Shown: in pieces, positions 42,116-52,488 of the stretch
Layout: the number at the start of each line of letters is the position of its first letter
Position numbering within the stretch: position 1 is the stretch's first letter
From: an uncultured Chloroflexia bacterium
GTDB lineage: Bacteria; Chloroflexota; Limnocylindria; Limnocylindrales; CSP1-4
Assembly: GCA_963763775.1 (NCBI GenBank)
Contig: CAVXPZ010000002.1
Location: 64,001-128,000, forward strand
Direction: 5' to 3'
DNA: 64,000 nt
Notes under the pieces: model-generated
The model's input: the letters and a program-made list of their open reading frames with translations, nothing else
Database searches by the model: none
Told to the model about the DNA's origin: nothing
Translations under genes and position numbers: made by a program

Positions 42116-43071
42116 CCGTCGAGGTCCGGCCGGCGTCCACCGCGCCCGACGACCTCGTGACCATCGCCCGGATCATCAACTCCGCACGCCCCGACGATCC
42201 GACAACGGTCGACGAGCTGCGCTGGGCCGATACCGACGTATCCGGGGGGCCGACGGTTCATCGCCGCGCTCGACGGCCGCGACGTCGGTGTCGGGACCAT
42301 CGGGCGGATCTACGTCTATCCGCCGACGTTCGATGGCCTGTGGGCGACGGTCGACGTCCTGGCTGACCTGAGGCGGCGGGGCGTCGGGGCGGCGCTGCTC
42401 GAGACGATCCGGGCGGCGGCCGTCGATGCTCGGAAAGTCGACGTTGCACATCCCGGCCTCGGACGGGCGGCCGGAGGGCGTCGCGTTCCTGCGTCCATCG
42501 CGGATTCACGGAGTACGAGCGCGCGGCCATGGTCGAGCTGCGGCTCACCGGACTGGCACCCCTGACGATCGAGCCGTCGGCGGGCGTGCGACTCGTGACC
42601 CTCGAGGCCCGACCCGATCTCGTGCCGGGCGTGCATGCCGTGGCGATGGAGACGTTCGACGACATCCCGGGCGCGGACGACCCGATGGCCGCGGGGGACC
42701 TCGCCGAGTTCCGTGCCCGCGACGTCGACCGCGACGTCATCCCGCGTTGGGGCTTCGTTCTCGCGTTGGACGACGCCACCGACGACGTGGTCGGCTACGC
42801 GTCACTCGCGTTCGACCCAGGCTCATCGACCGTCGCGTATCACGACATGACGGCGGTCCGACGCGCCTGGCGCGGACGGGGTGTCGCGACGGCCCTCAAG
42901 GCCGCCACCATCGCCGCTGCCATCGACCACGGCCTCGAGCGGCTGTACACCGGCAACGACGTCGACAACGCGCCGATGCGTGCGGTGAACGCCCGACTCG
43001 GCTACCGGCCCCTCCCCGATTCGCTGACGCTGCGAGGCCCGGCGACGCCCCCGACACGGCCACCGGCGTGA
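42112..43071 (+). CDS. Tandem GNAT acetyltransferase; several frameshifts 42235-42500
   Basis: RRRGVG in the first half; MTAVRRAWRGRGVATALK and TGNDVDNAPMRAVNARLGY in the second half. Confidence 0.82.
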
Positions 43072-43088
43072 CGCGGCATCATGGACGG

Positions 43089-43349
43089 GTGACCGATCCG
43101 TCCGTGGCCGCGCCACCACCCCACGACCCCCTCGCACCGGACCCGGACCTGTACGACGACCCGCGGAACGTCCGCGCTCGGGCCAAAGGCCTCCCGGCGC
43201 CGTACATCGCGGGCGGCGAGGACCCGGATCCGGCCAAGGGTCTCGCCGACGACCGCAAGTACGGCCGCTGGCTCATCTACATGGTGGTCGGGCTCATCCT
43301 CGTCGGGTTCGTCGTCGGGATCGCGATCGCCCTGGCGGTCAGGGTGTGA
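43089..43349 (+). CDS. Small single-TM protein
   Basis: RARAKGLPAPYIAGGEDPDP followed by a hydrophobic C-terminal helix. Stop overlaps the next GTG. Confidence 0.7.
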   Translation: MTDPSVAAPPPHDPLAPDPDLYDDPRNVRARAKGLPAPYIAGGEDPDPAKGLADDRKYGRWLIYMVVGLILVGFVVGIAIALAVRV

Positions 43350-44779
43350 CCGCGATCGCCGAACGACCGTCCGACCGCGTGTCGGCCGTGACCTGGGAGC
43401 GGGCGCACGAACAGCTCCTCGAGACGCTGCGCGACCTGATCCGCATCCGGTCGATCAACCCGCCCGAGCCGGGGCACCCCGATGGCGAGCTCGTCGCCGC
43501 GAACGCCATCGCCGAGATGCTGCGAGCCGCGGGTCTCGTCCCGGAGGTGGTGGAGCCGGTCCCGGGCCGCGGTTCGGTGCACGCGCGGCTGCGCGGCGAC
43601 GGGACCGGCGGGGCGCCGTTCCTCCTCTTCTCGCATCTCGACGTGGTCCCCGCGCCCCCGGAGCGCTGGACCCACGACCCGTTCGCGGCCGACGTCGCCG
43701 ATGGGTATGTCTACGGTCGGGGCGCCGTCGACATGAAGGACATGATCGCGATGGAGCTCGGGGTCGTCCGATTGCTGGCGGCGGAGGCCCGCGCGGCCGG
43801 GCTCGACCCGGCGCATGACCCCATCCCCGGACTCCGTCGGGACGTCCTGTTCACCTGCACGGCCGACGAGGAGGCCGGCGGCGACGCCGGGGCGCGGTGG
43901 ATCGCCCTGCACCGGCCCGCCTGGTTCGAGGCCGCCGGAGCCGTCAACGAGAGCGGCGGCGTCTCGGTGACCGTGGCCGGCCGACGCCTCTACCCCATCC
44001 AGGTCGCCGAGAAGGGGTTCGCGCCGTTCCGGATCCGCGTCCGCGGGACCTGGGGGCACGGATCCATGCCGCGCGACGACAACGCGGCGGTGATGGCCGC
44101 CACGATCATCGAGCGCCTCGCCGTCCCGGGGCCGATCCGCCTGACACCGGTGATGGAACGGTTCCTGCTCGCCCTGGCCGAGGTGCTGCCGCGCGACGCC
44201 GCCCGCATCGTCCGGGGCATCGCGGCCGGGGACACCGCCGCCGAGGCCGCCCTCGACCGGGTCTGCGAGCCGATGTACGCGCGGGTCGTCCGCGCGCTCA
44301 TCCGCGACACGCTGAGCCCCGACGTGGTCCACGCCGGGGTCAAGTACAACGTCATCCCGGGCGACGCGGTGATCGAGGTGGACTGCCGGGTCCTCCCGGG
44401 GTCCACCGAGGCGGACGCCCGTGCCGAGGTGGAGCGGCGGATCGGGCCGGACCTGCTGCCGGCGTGCGAGATCGAGGCGCTCGCCTGGGGCGAGCCGGTC
44501 GAGTCGCCGGCCGAAGGCCCGCTCTGGGACATCATGGTCGCGACCCTCATCGACCACGACCCGGAAGCGGTGCCGCTGCCGATCATGGCGCCGTTCGGCA
44601 CGGACGCGAAGAGCACGATCCCGATGGGGGTCCCCACGTACGGGTTCTCGCCGCTCCGGCTGGAGCCGGGCGAGCCGTACCTCGAGCGGTACCACGGGGT
44701 CGATGAGCGCATGTCGCTCGACGCGCTGCGGTTCGGCCTGCCGGTCCTCTACGACGTCGTGCGCCGCTTCTGCGGTTGA
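43346..44779 (+). CDS. M20/M25/M40 metallohydrolase
   Basis: SHLDVVP, GRGAVDMK, DEE, GHGS, NVIP, GTD, HGVDER. Confidence 0.93.
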   Translation: MTAIAERPSDRVSAVTWERAHEQLLETLRDLIRIRSINPPEPGHPDGELVAANAIAEMLRAAGLVPEVVEPVPGRGSVHARLRGDGTGGAPFLLFSHLDVVPAPPERWTHDPFAADVADGYVYGRGAVDMKDMIAMELGVVRLLAAEARAAGLDPAHDPIPGLRRDVLFTCTADEEAGGDAGARWIALHRPAWFEAAGAVNESGGVSVTVAGRRLYPIQVAEKGFAPFRIRVRGTWGHGSMPRDDNAAVMAATIIERLAVPGPIRLTPVMERFLLALAEVLPRDAARIVRGIAAGDTAAEAALDRVCEPMYARVVRALIRDTLSPDVVHAGVKYNVIPGDAVIEVDCRVLPGSTEADARAEVERRIGPDLLPACEIEALAWGEPVESPAEGPLWDIMVATLIDHDPEAVPLPIMAPFGTDAKSTIPMGVPTYGFSPLRLEPGEPYLERYHGVDERMSLDALRFGLPVLYDVVRRFCG

Positions 44780-44801
44780 CGCCCGGTCTACCGGGCCCGG
44801 G

Positions 44802-45029
44802 TCAGCCGCCCGAGTGCGCTGCCCCGCCCGACGGATACCGGACGCGGACCTGCTCGTCACAGGACGGACAGGCGAAGACATCGCCGCCGGCCCACCCGGC
44901 CTCGGGGTCGCTCGACGCCGGGTCGTGGTGCGACGGTCGCGGCTCGAGCCGTTCCCACCTGCCGTCGTTGTGCCGATGCTCCAGGCGGTACAGGGTCTCC
45001 GCCATCCGACTCTGATCCACGAACGTCAC
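44802..45029 (-). CDS. Small His/Cys-containing protein (possible Zn ribbon)
   Basis: RBS AGGAG; LEHRH, HHD, FACPSCDEQVRV. Confidence 0.7.
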   Translation of the reverse strand: MTFVDQSRMAETLYRLEHRHNDGRWERLEPRPSHHDPASSDPEAGWAGGDVFACPSCDEQVRVRYPSGGAAHSGG

Positions 45030-45044
45030 CTCCTGACGGGAAGG

Positions 45045-45629
45045 CTACTCCGGCGTCCAGTCCCGCGGCGCCTTGATGAGGCGTCCGCGGCGGTTGATCG
45101 CGTGGGTCGCCAGCGCGGCGACGCCCATCGCCACGATCGCGCGCTCCGCGGTCGGCAGCGGCCGCACCGCATTCAGGAACTGGTCGGCCCGCGAGCGGTC
45201 CACGACGCGAAGGACCGCGTGGCCGCGCTGCGTGAGACGCAAGGTCCGCTGGCGACGGTCTTCGGGCTCCTGGTGGCGCTCCACGAGACGTCGGCGGACG
45301 AGCCCGTCGATCAAGCGGCTGGTGGCCGAGGGCGACCGGCCGATCTCCTCCGCCAGCTCCCCGACGGTCATCGTGCTGCCGTCGGCGAGCACGTAGAGCG
45401 CCGCGAGCTGGGTGAACCCGAGCCGCAGCTCGCCCAGCTGGCTCGCGAACCCGATCACGAGCTCGCGCCACAGGGCCCGGCCCATCGCGACGCGCTCGCT
45501 GATCTGACGGACGTTCGGCAGCCGGTTGCCGGCCGCGAGGACCGGTGCGGACAGGTCGGCCTCGAACTGGCGGGCGACCGCCCGCCGGGGCACCGGATGA
45601 CGTCGCGCGGAGGGGAACGGGTCGGACAC
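45045..45629 (-). CDS. MarR-family transcriptional regulator
   Basis: TVGELAEEIGRSPSATSRLIDGLVRRRLVER..EDRRQRTLRLT..G. Confidence 0.9.
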   Translation of the reverse strand: MSDPFPSARRHPVPRRAVARQFEADLSAPVLAAGNRLPNVRQISERVAMGRALWRELVIGFASQLGELRLGFTQLAALYVLADGSTMTVGELAEEIGRSPSATSRLIDGLVRRRLVERHQEPEDRRQRTLRLTQRGHAVLRVVDRSRADQFLNAVRPLPTAERAIVAMGVAALATHAINRRGRLIKAPRDWTPE

Positions 45630-45717
45630 GGCTGAATCGTAGGTCCGCGGGGACTTCCATGCAACCGTGCACGCGAATCGGCCATGTCGGCCTCTGGCGG
45701 CACTACGCTCTGCCTCG

Positions 45718-46677
45718 ATGTCGACGTTCGCCTTCGTCTTTCCCGGCCAGGGCTCGCAGTCGGTCGGGATGGGACGCACGATCGCGGAGGTCTCGCCCGG
45801 CGCGGCCGCGGCCTTCGCGACCGCGGATTCCACGCTTGGTGAGGGGATCACCGCCCTCGCGTGGGACGGCCCCGCGGATCAGCTTGACCGCACCGAGAAC
45901 GCCCAGCCGGCCCTGCTCGCCGCCTCGATGGCGATCCTCGCGGCGATGCGCGAGCGATGGGCAGCCGCCGGTCTGCCCGCACCCGAACCCGCCTTCGCCG
46001 CCGGCCACTCGATGGGGCAGTATTCCGCCCTCGTCGCCGCCGGCACCCTCTCCCTCGAGGACGGCGTCCGGCTCGTGCGCGAGCGCGGCCGCCTGATGCA
46101 GGCGTCGGGTGGCGGCCGGGATGGGGCGATGGCCGCGCTCATCGGCCTCGACGACACGCGGCTCCCGGAGCTCGTGTCCCGGGCCTCGGCACATGGCATC
46201 TTCGTCGTGGCGAACCGGAATGCCCCGGGCCAGGTCGTGGTCTCCGGGGAGCGCCCGGCCATCGAGGCCGGCGCCGAGATCGCCAAGGAGCTGGGCGCGA
46301 AGCGCGCGATCGTGCTGCCCGTCTCGGTCGCGGCCCATTCGCCGCTGATGGCGGAAGCCGCCGAGGGGATGCGGACCGCCCTCGCCGACGTGACGTTCTC
46401 CGACCCGCACCCGGCCCTCCTCGCCAACGCGGACGCACGGCTCCTCACGACGGGCGACGCATGCCGCGACGAGCTCATCGACCACCTCACGGCCGGCGTC
46501 GACTGGGTCGGCGCGGTCGGCCGCATGACCGAGGCCGGCGTCACGACGTTCGTGGAGGTCGGACCCGGCAAGGTGCTGACCGGCCTCATCCGTCGCATCG
46601 CCCCCGACGCCGAAGTCATCGCCGCGGACGACGCGTCGTCCGTCGACCGCCTGCTCGAACTCGCCATCACCGCCTGA
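45718..46677 (+). CDS. fabD: Malonyl-CoA:ACP transacylase
   Basis: FPGQGSQ, AQPA, GHSMG, RGRLMQ, AAHS, EVGPGKVL. Confidence 0.95.
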   Translation: MSTFAFVFPGQGSQSVGMGRTIAEVSPGAAAAFATADSTLGEGITALAWDGPADQLDRTENAQPALLAASMAILAAMRERWAAAGLPAPEPAFAAGHSMGQYSALVAAGTLSLEDGVRLVRERGRLMQASGGGRDGAMAALIGLDDTRLPELVSRASAHGIFVVANRNAPGQVVVSGERPAIEAGAEIAKELGAKRAIVLPVSVAAHSPLMAEAAEGMRTALADVTFSDPHPALLANADARLLTTGDACRDELIDHLTAGVDWVGAVGRMTEAGVTTFVEVGPGKVLTGLIRRIAPDAEVIAADDASSVDRLLELAITA

Positions 46678-46716
46678 TCCCTCGAACCCCCGAGATCACC
46701 GAAGGAGCACACGAAC

Positions 46717-47991
46717 TTGCGACCGCCCGACTACAACCGCCGCGTCGTCGTCACCGGCCTCGGCGTCATCAGCTCGATCGGCAACGATGTCGACACGGCC
46801 TGGACGAACCTCGTCGAGGGCCGGTCCGGCCTCGACGTCATCACGAAGTTCGACCCATCCCCGTACGCCGCCCAGTGGGCCGGCGAGGTCCGCGACTTCG
46901 AGGCGTCGGACTGGATGGACCCCAAGGCCGCGCGTCGGAGCGAGTCGAGCCTTCATTTCGGTGTCGCGGCGGCCAAGCAGGCCCTCGCCGACTCCGGGTT
47001 CGAGCTCGATGACGAGAACCGGACCGAGGTCGGCGTGATCTTCGGCTCGGGTGCCGGCGGCCAGTCGCTGATGATCGACAACTACATCGCGCTCCACGAT
47101 CGCGGCCCGCGCACCGTCGGCCCGACGTTCATCGCGAACGCCCTCGTCGACAGCTGCTCGGGGATGATCGCGATCGAGACCGGCGCCATCGGCCACAACG
47201 TCTGCATGGTGTCGGCCTGCGCCACCGGCACGCACAACGTCGGCGAGGCCGCCGAGGCGATCCGCCGCGGCGACTGCATCGCCGTCATCTCGGGCTCGAC
47301 CGAGGCACCGCTCCTCGAGATCGGCCACGCGTCGTTCTCGAACATGCGCGGCATGGGCCTGCCGCGACCCGACGAGCCGTTCACGACCCTGTCGCGGCCG
47401 TTCGACCTGACCCGGAACGGGTTCGTGCTCGGCGAGGGTGCCGGGTCCCTGTTCCTCGAGGACCTCGAGCTCGCCAAGGCGCGCGGCGCCCGCATCTACG
47501 CCGAGGTCGTGGGCTACGGGTCCGCCGCCGACGGCTGGGACATGGTCCAGCCGGTCGACGCGGGCGCCGGCTCGGCCCGCGCCATGAAGATGGCCCTCGA
47601 CCGCCGCGGCGTCCCCGCCGACGAGGTCGACATGATCAATCCGCACGGCACGTCGACGCCCCTGGGCGACAAGCGCGAGACCGAGGCCATCTGGTCGGTC
47701 TTCGGGCCGCGTTCGTCGGGCAAGGAGCACTCGCTGGCGATCAGCGCGACCAAGTCGATGACCGGCCACATGATGGGCGCCGCCGGCGCTTTCGAGGCCT
47801 TCGCGACGGTCAAGGCGATCGCCGAGCAGTGCTCGCCGGGCACGATCAACTACCGCGACGCCGACCCGGAGTGCGACCTCTGGGTCCTCCCCGAGACGAC
47901 CGCGATGCCGATCCGGTACGCGCTGTCGAACAACATCGGCCTCGGAGGCCACAACGGCGCCGTCATCTTCAAGCGGTACGACGGCGACTGA
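46717..47991 (+). CDS. fabF: Beta-ketoacyl-ACP synthase II
   Basis: RVVVTGLG, SACATG, SRPFD, HGTST, KSMTGH; Cys-His-His intact. Confidence 0.92.
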   Translation: MRPPDYNRRVVVTGLGVISSIGNDVDTAWTNLVEGRSGLDVITKFDPSPYAAQWAGEVRDFEASDWMDPKAARRSESSLHFGVAAAKQALADSGFELDDENRTEVGVIFGSGAGGQSLMIDNYIALHDRGPRTVGPTFIANALVDSCSGMIAIETGAIGHNVCMVSACATGTHNVGEAAEAIRRGDCIAVISGSTEAPLLEIGHASFSNMRGMGLPRPDEPFTTLSRPFDLTRNGFVLGEGAGSLFLEDLELAKARGARIYAEVVGYGSAADGWDMVQPVDAGAGSARAMKMALDRRGVPADEVDMINPHGTSTPLGDKRETEAIWSVFGPRSSGKEHSLAISATKSMTGHMMGAAGAFEAFATVKAIAEQCSPGTINYRDADPECDLWVLPETTAMPIRYALSNNIGLGGHNGAVIFKRYDGD

Positions 47992-48006
47992 CGCCTTCAG
48001 CCTCGA

Positions 48007-48197
48007 CCTCCCGCACTCGCGCACCTGCGTGGGCGCGCTCGCGAGGTCGGCTCGGCCGAAGCCGCCAGTCGCCGGTATCAATCTCAGCGAATGGCTGGAC
48101 TGGGGGCGGTGGCCGCGTTCGGGCGGGTGGATGGCGGGGCGACGGACGCGCCGACCTCGCGAGCGGGCGCCACGAAGCGCCCGACGAGTGCGGGAGG
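48007..48197. repeat. ~190-nt element bounded by nested inverted repeats (structured RNA or MITE-like)
   Basis: 48007-48019 pairs perfectly with 48185-48197 (13 bp) and 48036-48051 with 48150-48165 (16 bp). A further imperfect inner stem is present. Confidence 0.75.
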
Positions 48198-48278
48198 CGG
48201 GGCAGTCGCGCCGCCAGCCGTCACCCGCCCCAGCCACGCAACTACAATCTGACCGCAGCCCAACCGTGAGGAACCCCT

Positions 48279-49544
48279 GTGCCTGAACGAGACCCAGCGC
48301 GCCGCGCGGTCGTGACCGGCCTCGGCGCCGTGATGCCGATCGGGAACGACTTCCCGACCTACTGGTCCAACCTCGTCAAGGGCGTGACCGGGACGCGACG
48401 GATCCAGAGCTTCGACCCGTCCGCCTTCGAGGTCCAGATCGCCGCCGAGGTGCTCGACTTCGACCCGACGAAGGCCATGGAGCCCAAGATGGCCCGGCGG
48501 ATGAGCCGGTTCATCCACTTCGCGATGGCCGCGGGCAAGGAGGCGGTCGAGGACTCGGGGATCGATTTCGCCTCGATGTCCCAGGAGGAGCGCGACCGGG
48601 TGGGCGTCGTCGTGAACACCGGCGGCGGCGGGATCGAGCAGATCATCGACGGCACGCACGTCCACGACACGAAGGGCCCGCGGTTCGTCTCGGCGTTCGC
48701 GATCCCGGCCCTCTCCGGTTCGATGGGCGCCGCGATGCTGTCGATGCAGTACGGGCTGACCGGTCCGGTCATGACCCAGGTCGCCGCCTGCGCGACCTCG
48801 GTCATCGCGTTCCACGACGCGCTGCGGCTCATCCGGTCCGGCGAGTGCGACGTCGTGCTCGCGGGCGGGTCCGAGGCCCCGGTCTGGCCGATGGGCGTGG
48901 CCGCCCTCTCGAACATGGGCGCGCTCTCGAAGCGCAACGACTCCCCGGAGACCGCGTCACGGCCGTTCGATGCGACCCGCGACGGCTTCGTCCTCGGCGA
49001 GGGCGGCGGCGTGGTCGTGGTCGAGTCGCTCGAGCACGCCCGCAACCGCGGCGCGACGCCGATCGCCGAGATCATCGGCGGCGCCCTGACCGCGGACGCG
49101 TTCCACATCAGCGCCCCGGAACCCACCGGCCGCGGCCAGGCCCGGGCCATGACCCAGGCCCTCCGCCACGCCGAGGTGACCACGGACGAGGTCGACTACA
49201 TCGTCGCGCACGGCACGTCGACGTCGCTCAACGACGTGACGGAGACGCGCGCGATCAAGGCGGCCTACGGCGATCGCGCCTACAAGGTCGCCATCAGCTC
49301 GCCGAAGTCGATGATCGGCCACCTCGTCGGGGCGGCGGGGATCGCCAGCGCGCTCGCGGCGATCGGCGCGATCCGCGACCAGGTCATCCCGCCGACCGCG
49401 AACCTGCACACGCCGGACCCCGAGTGCGACCTGGACTACGTCCCGCTCGTCGCCCGCAAGGCCAAGGTCGAGACGGTCAGCGTCAATGGCTTCGGCTTCG
49501 GCGGCCAGAACGCGGTGGCGGTGTTCCGCACGGTCGTCGACTAG
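48279..49544 (+). CDS. fabF: Beta-ketoacyl-ACP synthase II (second paralog)
   Basis: RAVVTGLG, AACATS, SRPFD, HGTST, KSMIGH, NGFGFGGQN. Confidence 0.92.
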   Translation: MPERDPARRAVVTGLGAVMPIGNDFPTYWSNLVKGVTGTRRIQSFDPSAFEVQIAAEVLDFDPTKAMEPKMARRMSRFIHFAMAAGKEAVEDSGIDFASMSQEERDRVGVVVNTGGGGIEQIIDGTHVHDTKGPRFVSAFAIPALSGSMGAAMLSMQYGLTGPVMTQVAACATSVIAFHDALRLIRSGECDVVLAGGSEAPVWPMGVAALSNMGALSKRNDSPETASRPFDATRDGFVLGEGGGVVVVESLEHARNRGATPIAEIIGGALTADAFHISAPEPTGRGQARAMTQALRHAEVTTDEVDYIVAHGTSTSLNDVTETRAIKAAYGDRAYKVAISSPKSMIGHLVGAAGIASALAAIGAIRDQVIPPTANLHTPDPECDLDYVPLVARKAKVETVSVNGFGFGGQNAVAVFRTVVD

Positions 49545-49610
49545 CGATCGGACGCGGCTCGGCCGGTCGACCGGAGCCCGGAGCCCGTAGCCCGGAGCGC
49601 GAGGGACGGC

Positions 49611-50115
49611 TCAGTTCACCGGCCGGAGCGTGTGGCCCTCGTAGGCCTCGATCGCGGCGACATGCGCCGGCGACAGCGGGACCGCCGCGGCGGACGCGTA
49701 GTCGTAGCGGACCAGGACCGATTCGCTCGACGGCCACCAGGCGGCGCTCCCCACCGGGGACGGACGCCAGCAGCCGATGCTGGAGCGTGAACGACGAGCG
49801 CCCGATCCGGCTCGTGCGCGACTCCACGGTGACGACCTCGCCGTGGAAGACCTGGGCGCGGTACGTGATCCGCGCCTCGGCGAGGATCAGGCTCTCCGGA
49901 TGCTCCGCCCCATGGCCGATGGGCTCGCCGGTCACGTCCGTCCAATACTGGATCCGAGCGACCTCGCAGTACGTGAGGTAGACGGCGTTGTTGACGTGGA
50001 CCATCGCATCGGTGTCGCCGAAGCGGACCGGGATCTCGACCACGTGCCGGAAGGCGCCCGTGAGATCGCGCGGGTCCGCGCCCGGGCCGGTGTGATGGTG
50101 ATGATCGTGCGTCAC
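49611..50115 (-). CDS. Acyl-CoA thioesterase (4HBT/YbgC hot-dog family); frameshift near 49725
   Basis: VRFGDTDAMVHVNNAVYLTYCEVAR, IGRSSF; C-terminus VLVRYDY..AVPL in a shifted frame. Confidence 0.88.
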
Positions 50116-50125
50116 GGGCGCGAGT

Positions 50126-52448
50126 CTACGCGGCTCGGTGGAACCCGCGCAGGCGCAGCGAGTTGGTGACGACGATGACCGACGAGATCGCCATCGCCCC
50201 CGCGGCGAGCGCCGGGCTCAACGTGATCCCGAACGCGGGGTACAGGACGCCCATCGCGACCGGGATCAGCAGGACGTTGTAGGCGAAGGCCCAGAACAGG
50301 TTCTGCCGGACGACGGTCATCGTGGCCCGCGAGAGTTCGAGCGCCGTCGCCACCGAGCGCGGGTCGCCGCCCACGAGCGTGACGTCCGACGCCTCGATCG
50401 CCACATCGGCTCCGGTCCCGATCGCGATCCCCAGGTCGGCCGATGCCAGCGCGGGCGCGTCGTTGAGGCCGTCGCCGACCATCGCGACGGTGCGCCCGCC
50501 GGCCCGGAGCCGCTCGACCAGGGCCGTCTTGTCGGCCGGGCGCGCATCGGCGAGGACGTGCTCCGGCAGGATGCCGACCGCGGCCGCGACCGTCTCCGCG
50601 GTCGACCGGCCGTCGCCGGTGGCCAGCCACGTCTCGATGCCGGCGCGGCTGAGCGCCCCGACCGCCGGGGCGGCCTCCGCTTTCACCGGATCGGTGATCG
50701 CGATGGCCCCGATCGCGCGGCCGTCCATCGCGACGAACGCCACCGTCCGGGCCCCCGCCGCCGCGCTCGCCAGCAGCCCGGCCATCGGCGTGAGGTCGAC
50801 GCCGCGCTCACGCACCCAGCGCTCGTTGCCGACGAGGACGACCCGCGGGCCGGTATCGGTCGTCACGGTCGCCTCGATGCCACCGCCGACACTCGCGACG
50901 AACCCCGTCGCGGGCAGGAACTCCCAACTCGTCCTGACGAGCCCGCGCCACGATCGCGGCGGCGAGTGGATGCTCGCTCCCCTTCTCCGCCGAGGCCGCG
51001 AGGTCGAGCACCGTCGCGATGCTGACGCCCGGCACCGTCAGCACGCCGTCGACGACCGGCCGGCCGAGCGTGAGCGTGCCGGTCTTGTCGAGGACGACCA
51101 CCGACACCTTGTGGGCGGTCTCGAGCGCCTCGCCGCCACGGATGAGGATCCCCGCCTCGGCGCCACGCCCCGTCCCGACCATGATCGCGGTCGGGGTGGC
51201 GAGGCCCATCGCGCACGGGCAGGCGATCACAAGCACCGTGATCGAGGCCACCAGCGCATACGTCAGCCGCGGTTCCGGCCCGAACGCCATCCACACCGCG
51301 AACGTGACGGCCGACAGCACCAGGACCAGCGGGACGAAGACCTCGGCGATCCGGTCGGCGAGCCGGGCGATGGGCGCCTTCGAGCCCTGGGCGCGCTCGA
51401 CGAGGGCGATGATCCGCGCGAGTGCGGTGTCGAGCCCGACATGCGTGGCACGCATGACGAACGACCCGGTCGTGTTGAGCGTGGCGCCGATCACCTCGTC
51501 GCCCGGACCCTTGGCGGCCGGGATGGGCTCGCCGGTCAGCAACGCCTCGTCGACGGCCGACGCGCCCTCGACGACCACGCCGTCGACCGGCACCTTGTCA
51601 CCGGGCCGGACCCGCAGGAGGTCGCCGACGACCACGGCCTCGAGCGGCACCTCGATGTCGCGGCCGCCGTCGACGCGGATGGCCGACGTCGCGCTGAGCG
51701 CGGCGAGACGCCGGATCGCGCTCACGGTGCGGACCTTGGCGCGGGCCTCGAGCCACCGCCCGAGCAGCACGAGGCCGATGATGATCGACGCGCTGTCGAA
51801 GTAGGTCAGCGGCTCCAGGCCGGCCGCCTGCACGACGGACGGGAAGAGCGTGACCACGACGCTATACGCCCAGGCCGCGGTCGTCCCGATCGCGACGAGG
51901 GTGTCCATGTTGCTGGTGCCGTGTCGCGCGGTGCGCCAGGCGGACCGATAGAACCGGCGACCCGCCCAGAACTGGATGACCGTGGCCGGCACCAGCGCGA
52001 TGAGATTCCGCTGCTCCATCCCGAGCCCCTCGGCCGGGATCGCCATCAGGACCATGATCCCGAACGCGACGGCGATCGATGCGACCGCCTGGACGAGCAG
52101 CCGGTCCGCGGCTCGGGCCCGGTCGGCGTCCTCGGCGGTGCGCTCCGAGGCCAGGTCCGATGGCGTGATCGGCGTGATCGCGACGGGGCGCGGGGCGCGA
52201 ACCTCGTACCCGGCGGCCTCGACCGCGCCCACGAGATCCGACCTCGTCGCCACGTCGGGCAGGTAGTGGATCGTCGCGATCTCGGTGGCGAGGTTGACGC
52301 TGGCGTCCTGGACGCCCGGCGTGTTGCGCAGGAATCGCTCGATGCGGTTCACGCAGGACGCGCAGGTCATCCCTTCGACCGGGAGGGCGAGCTCGGCGGC
52401 TGACCCGGGCCCGGTCGGTGGGATGGCGAGGACGATGGACTCAGACAT
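50126..52448 (-). CDS. copA: Cu(I)-type heavy-metal P1B ATPase; frameshift(s) near 50905-50930
   Basis: [32 protein letters not shown]...P...AM..SS. Confidence 0.92.
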
Positions 52449-52463
52449 ACTCCCTGGGAGTAT
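52447..52463. promoter_or_regulatory. CsoR-like operator overlapping the copA promoter/start
   Basis: Perfect palindrome ATACTCCC-T-GGGAGTAT overlapping a minus-strand TATACT -10 and the copA ATG. Confidence 0.72.
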
Positions 52464-52488
52464 ACCACCCGCGTACCATGGCGGACCC

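Noticed and set aside
41212-42366. Apparent LLM-GNAT read-through ORF
   Set aside because: The middle is out-of-frame junk, and the true LLM C-terminus is in the 41435-42115 frame.
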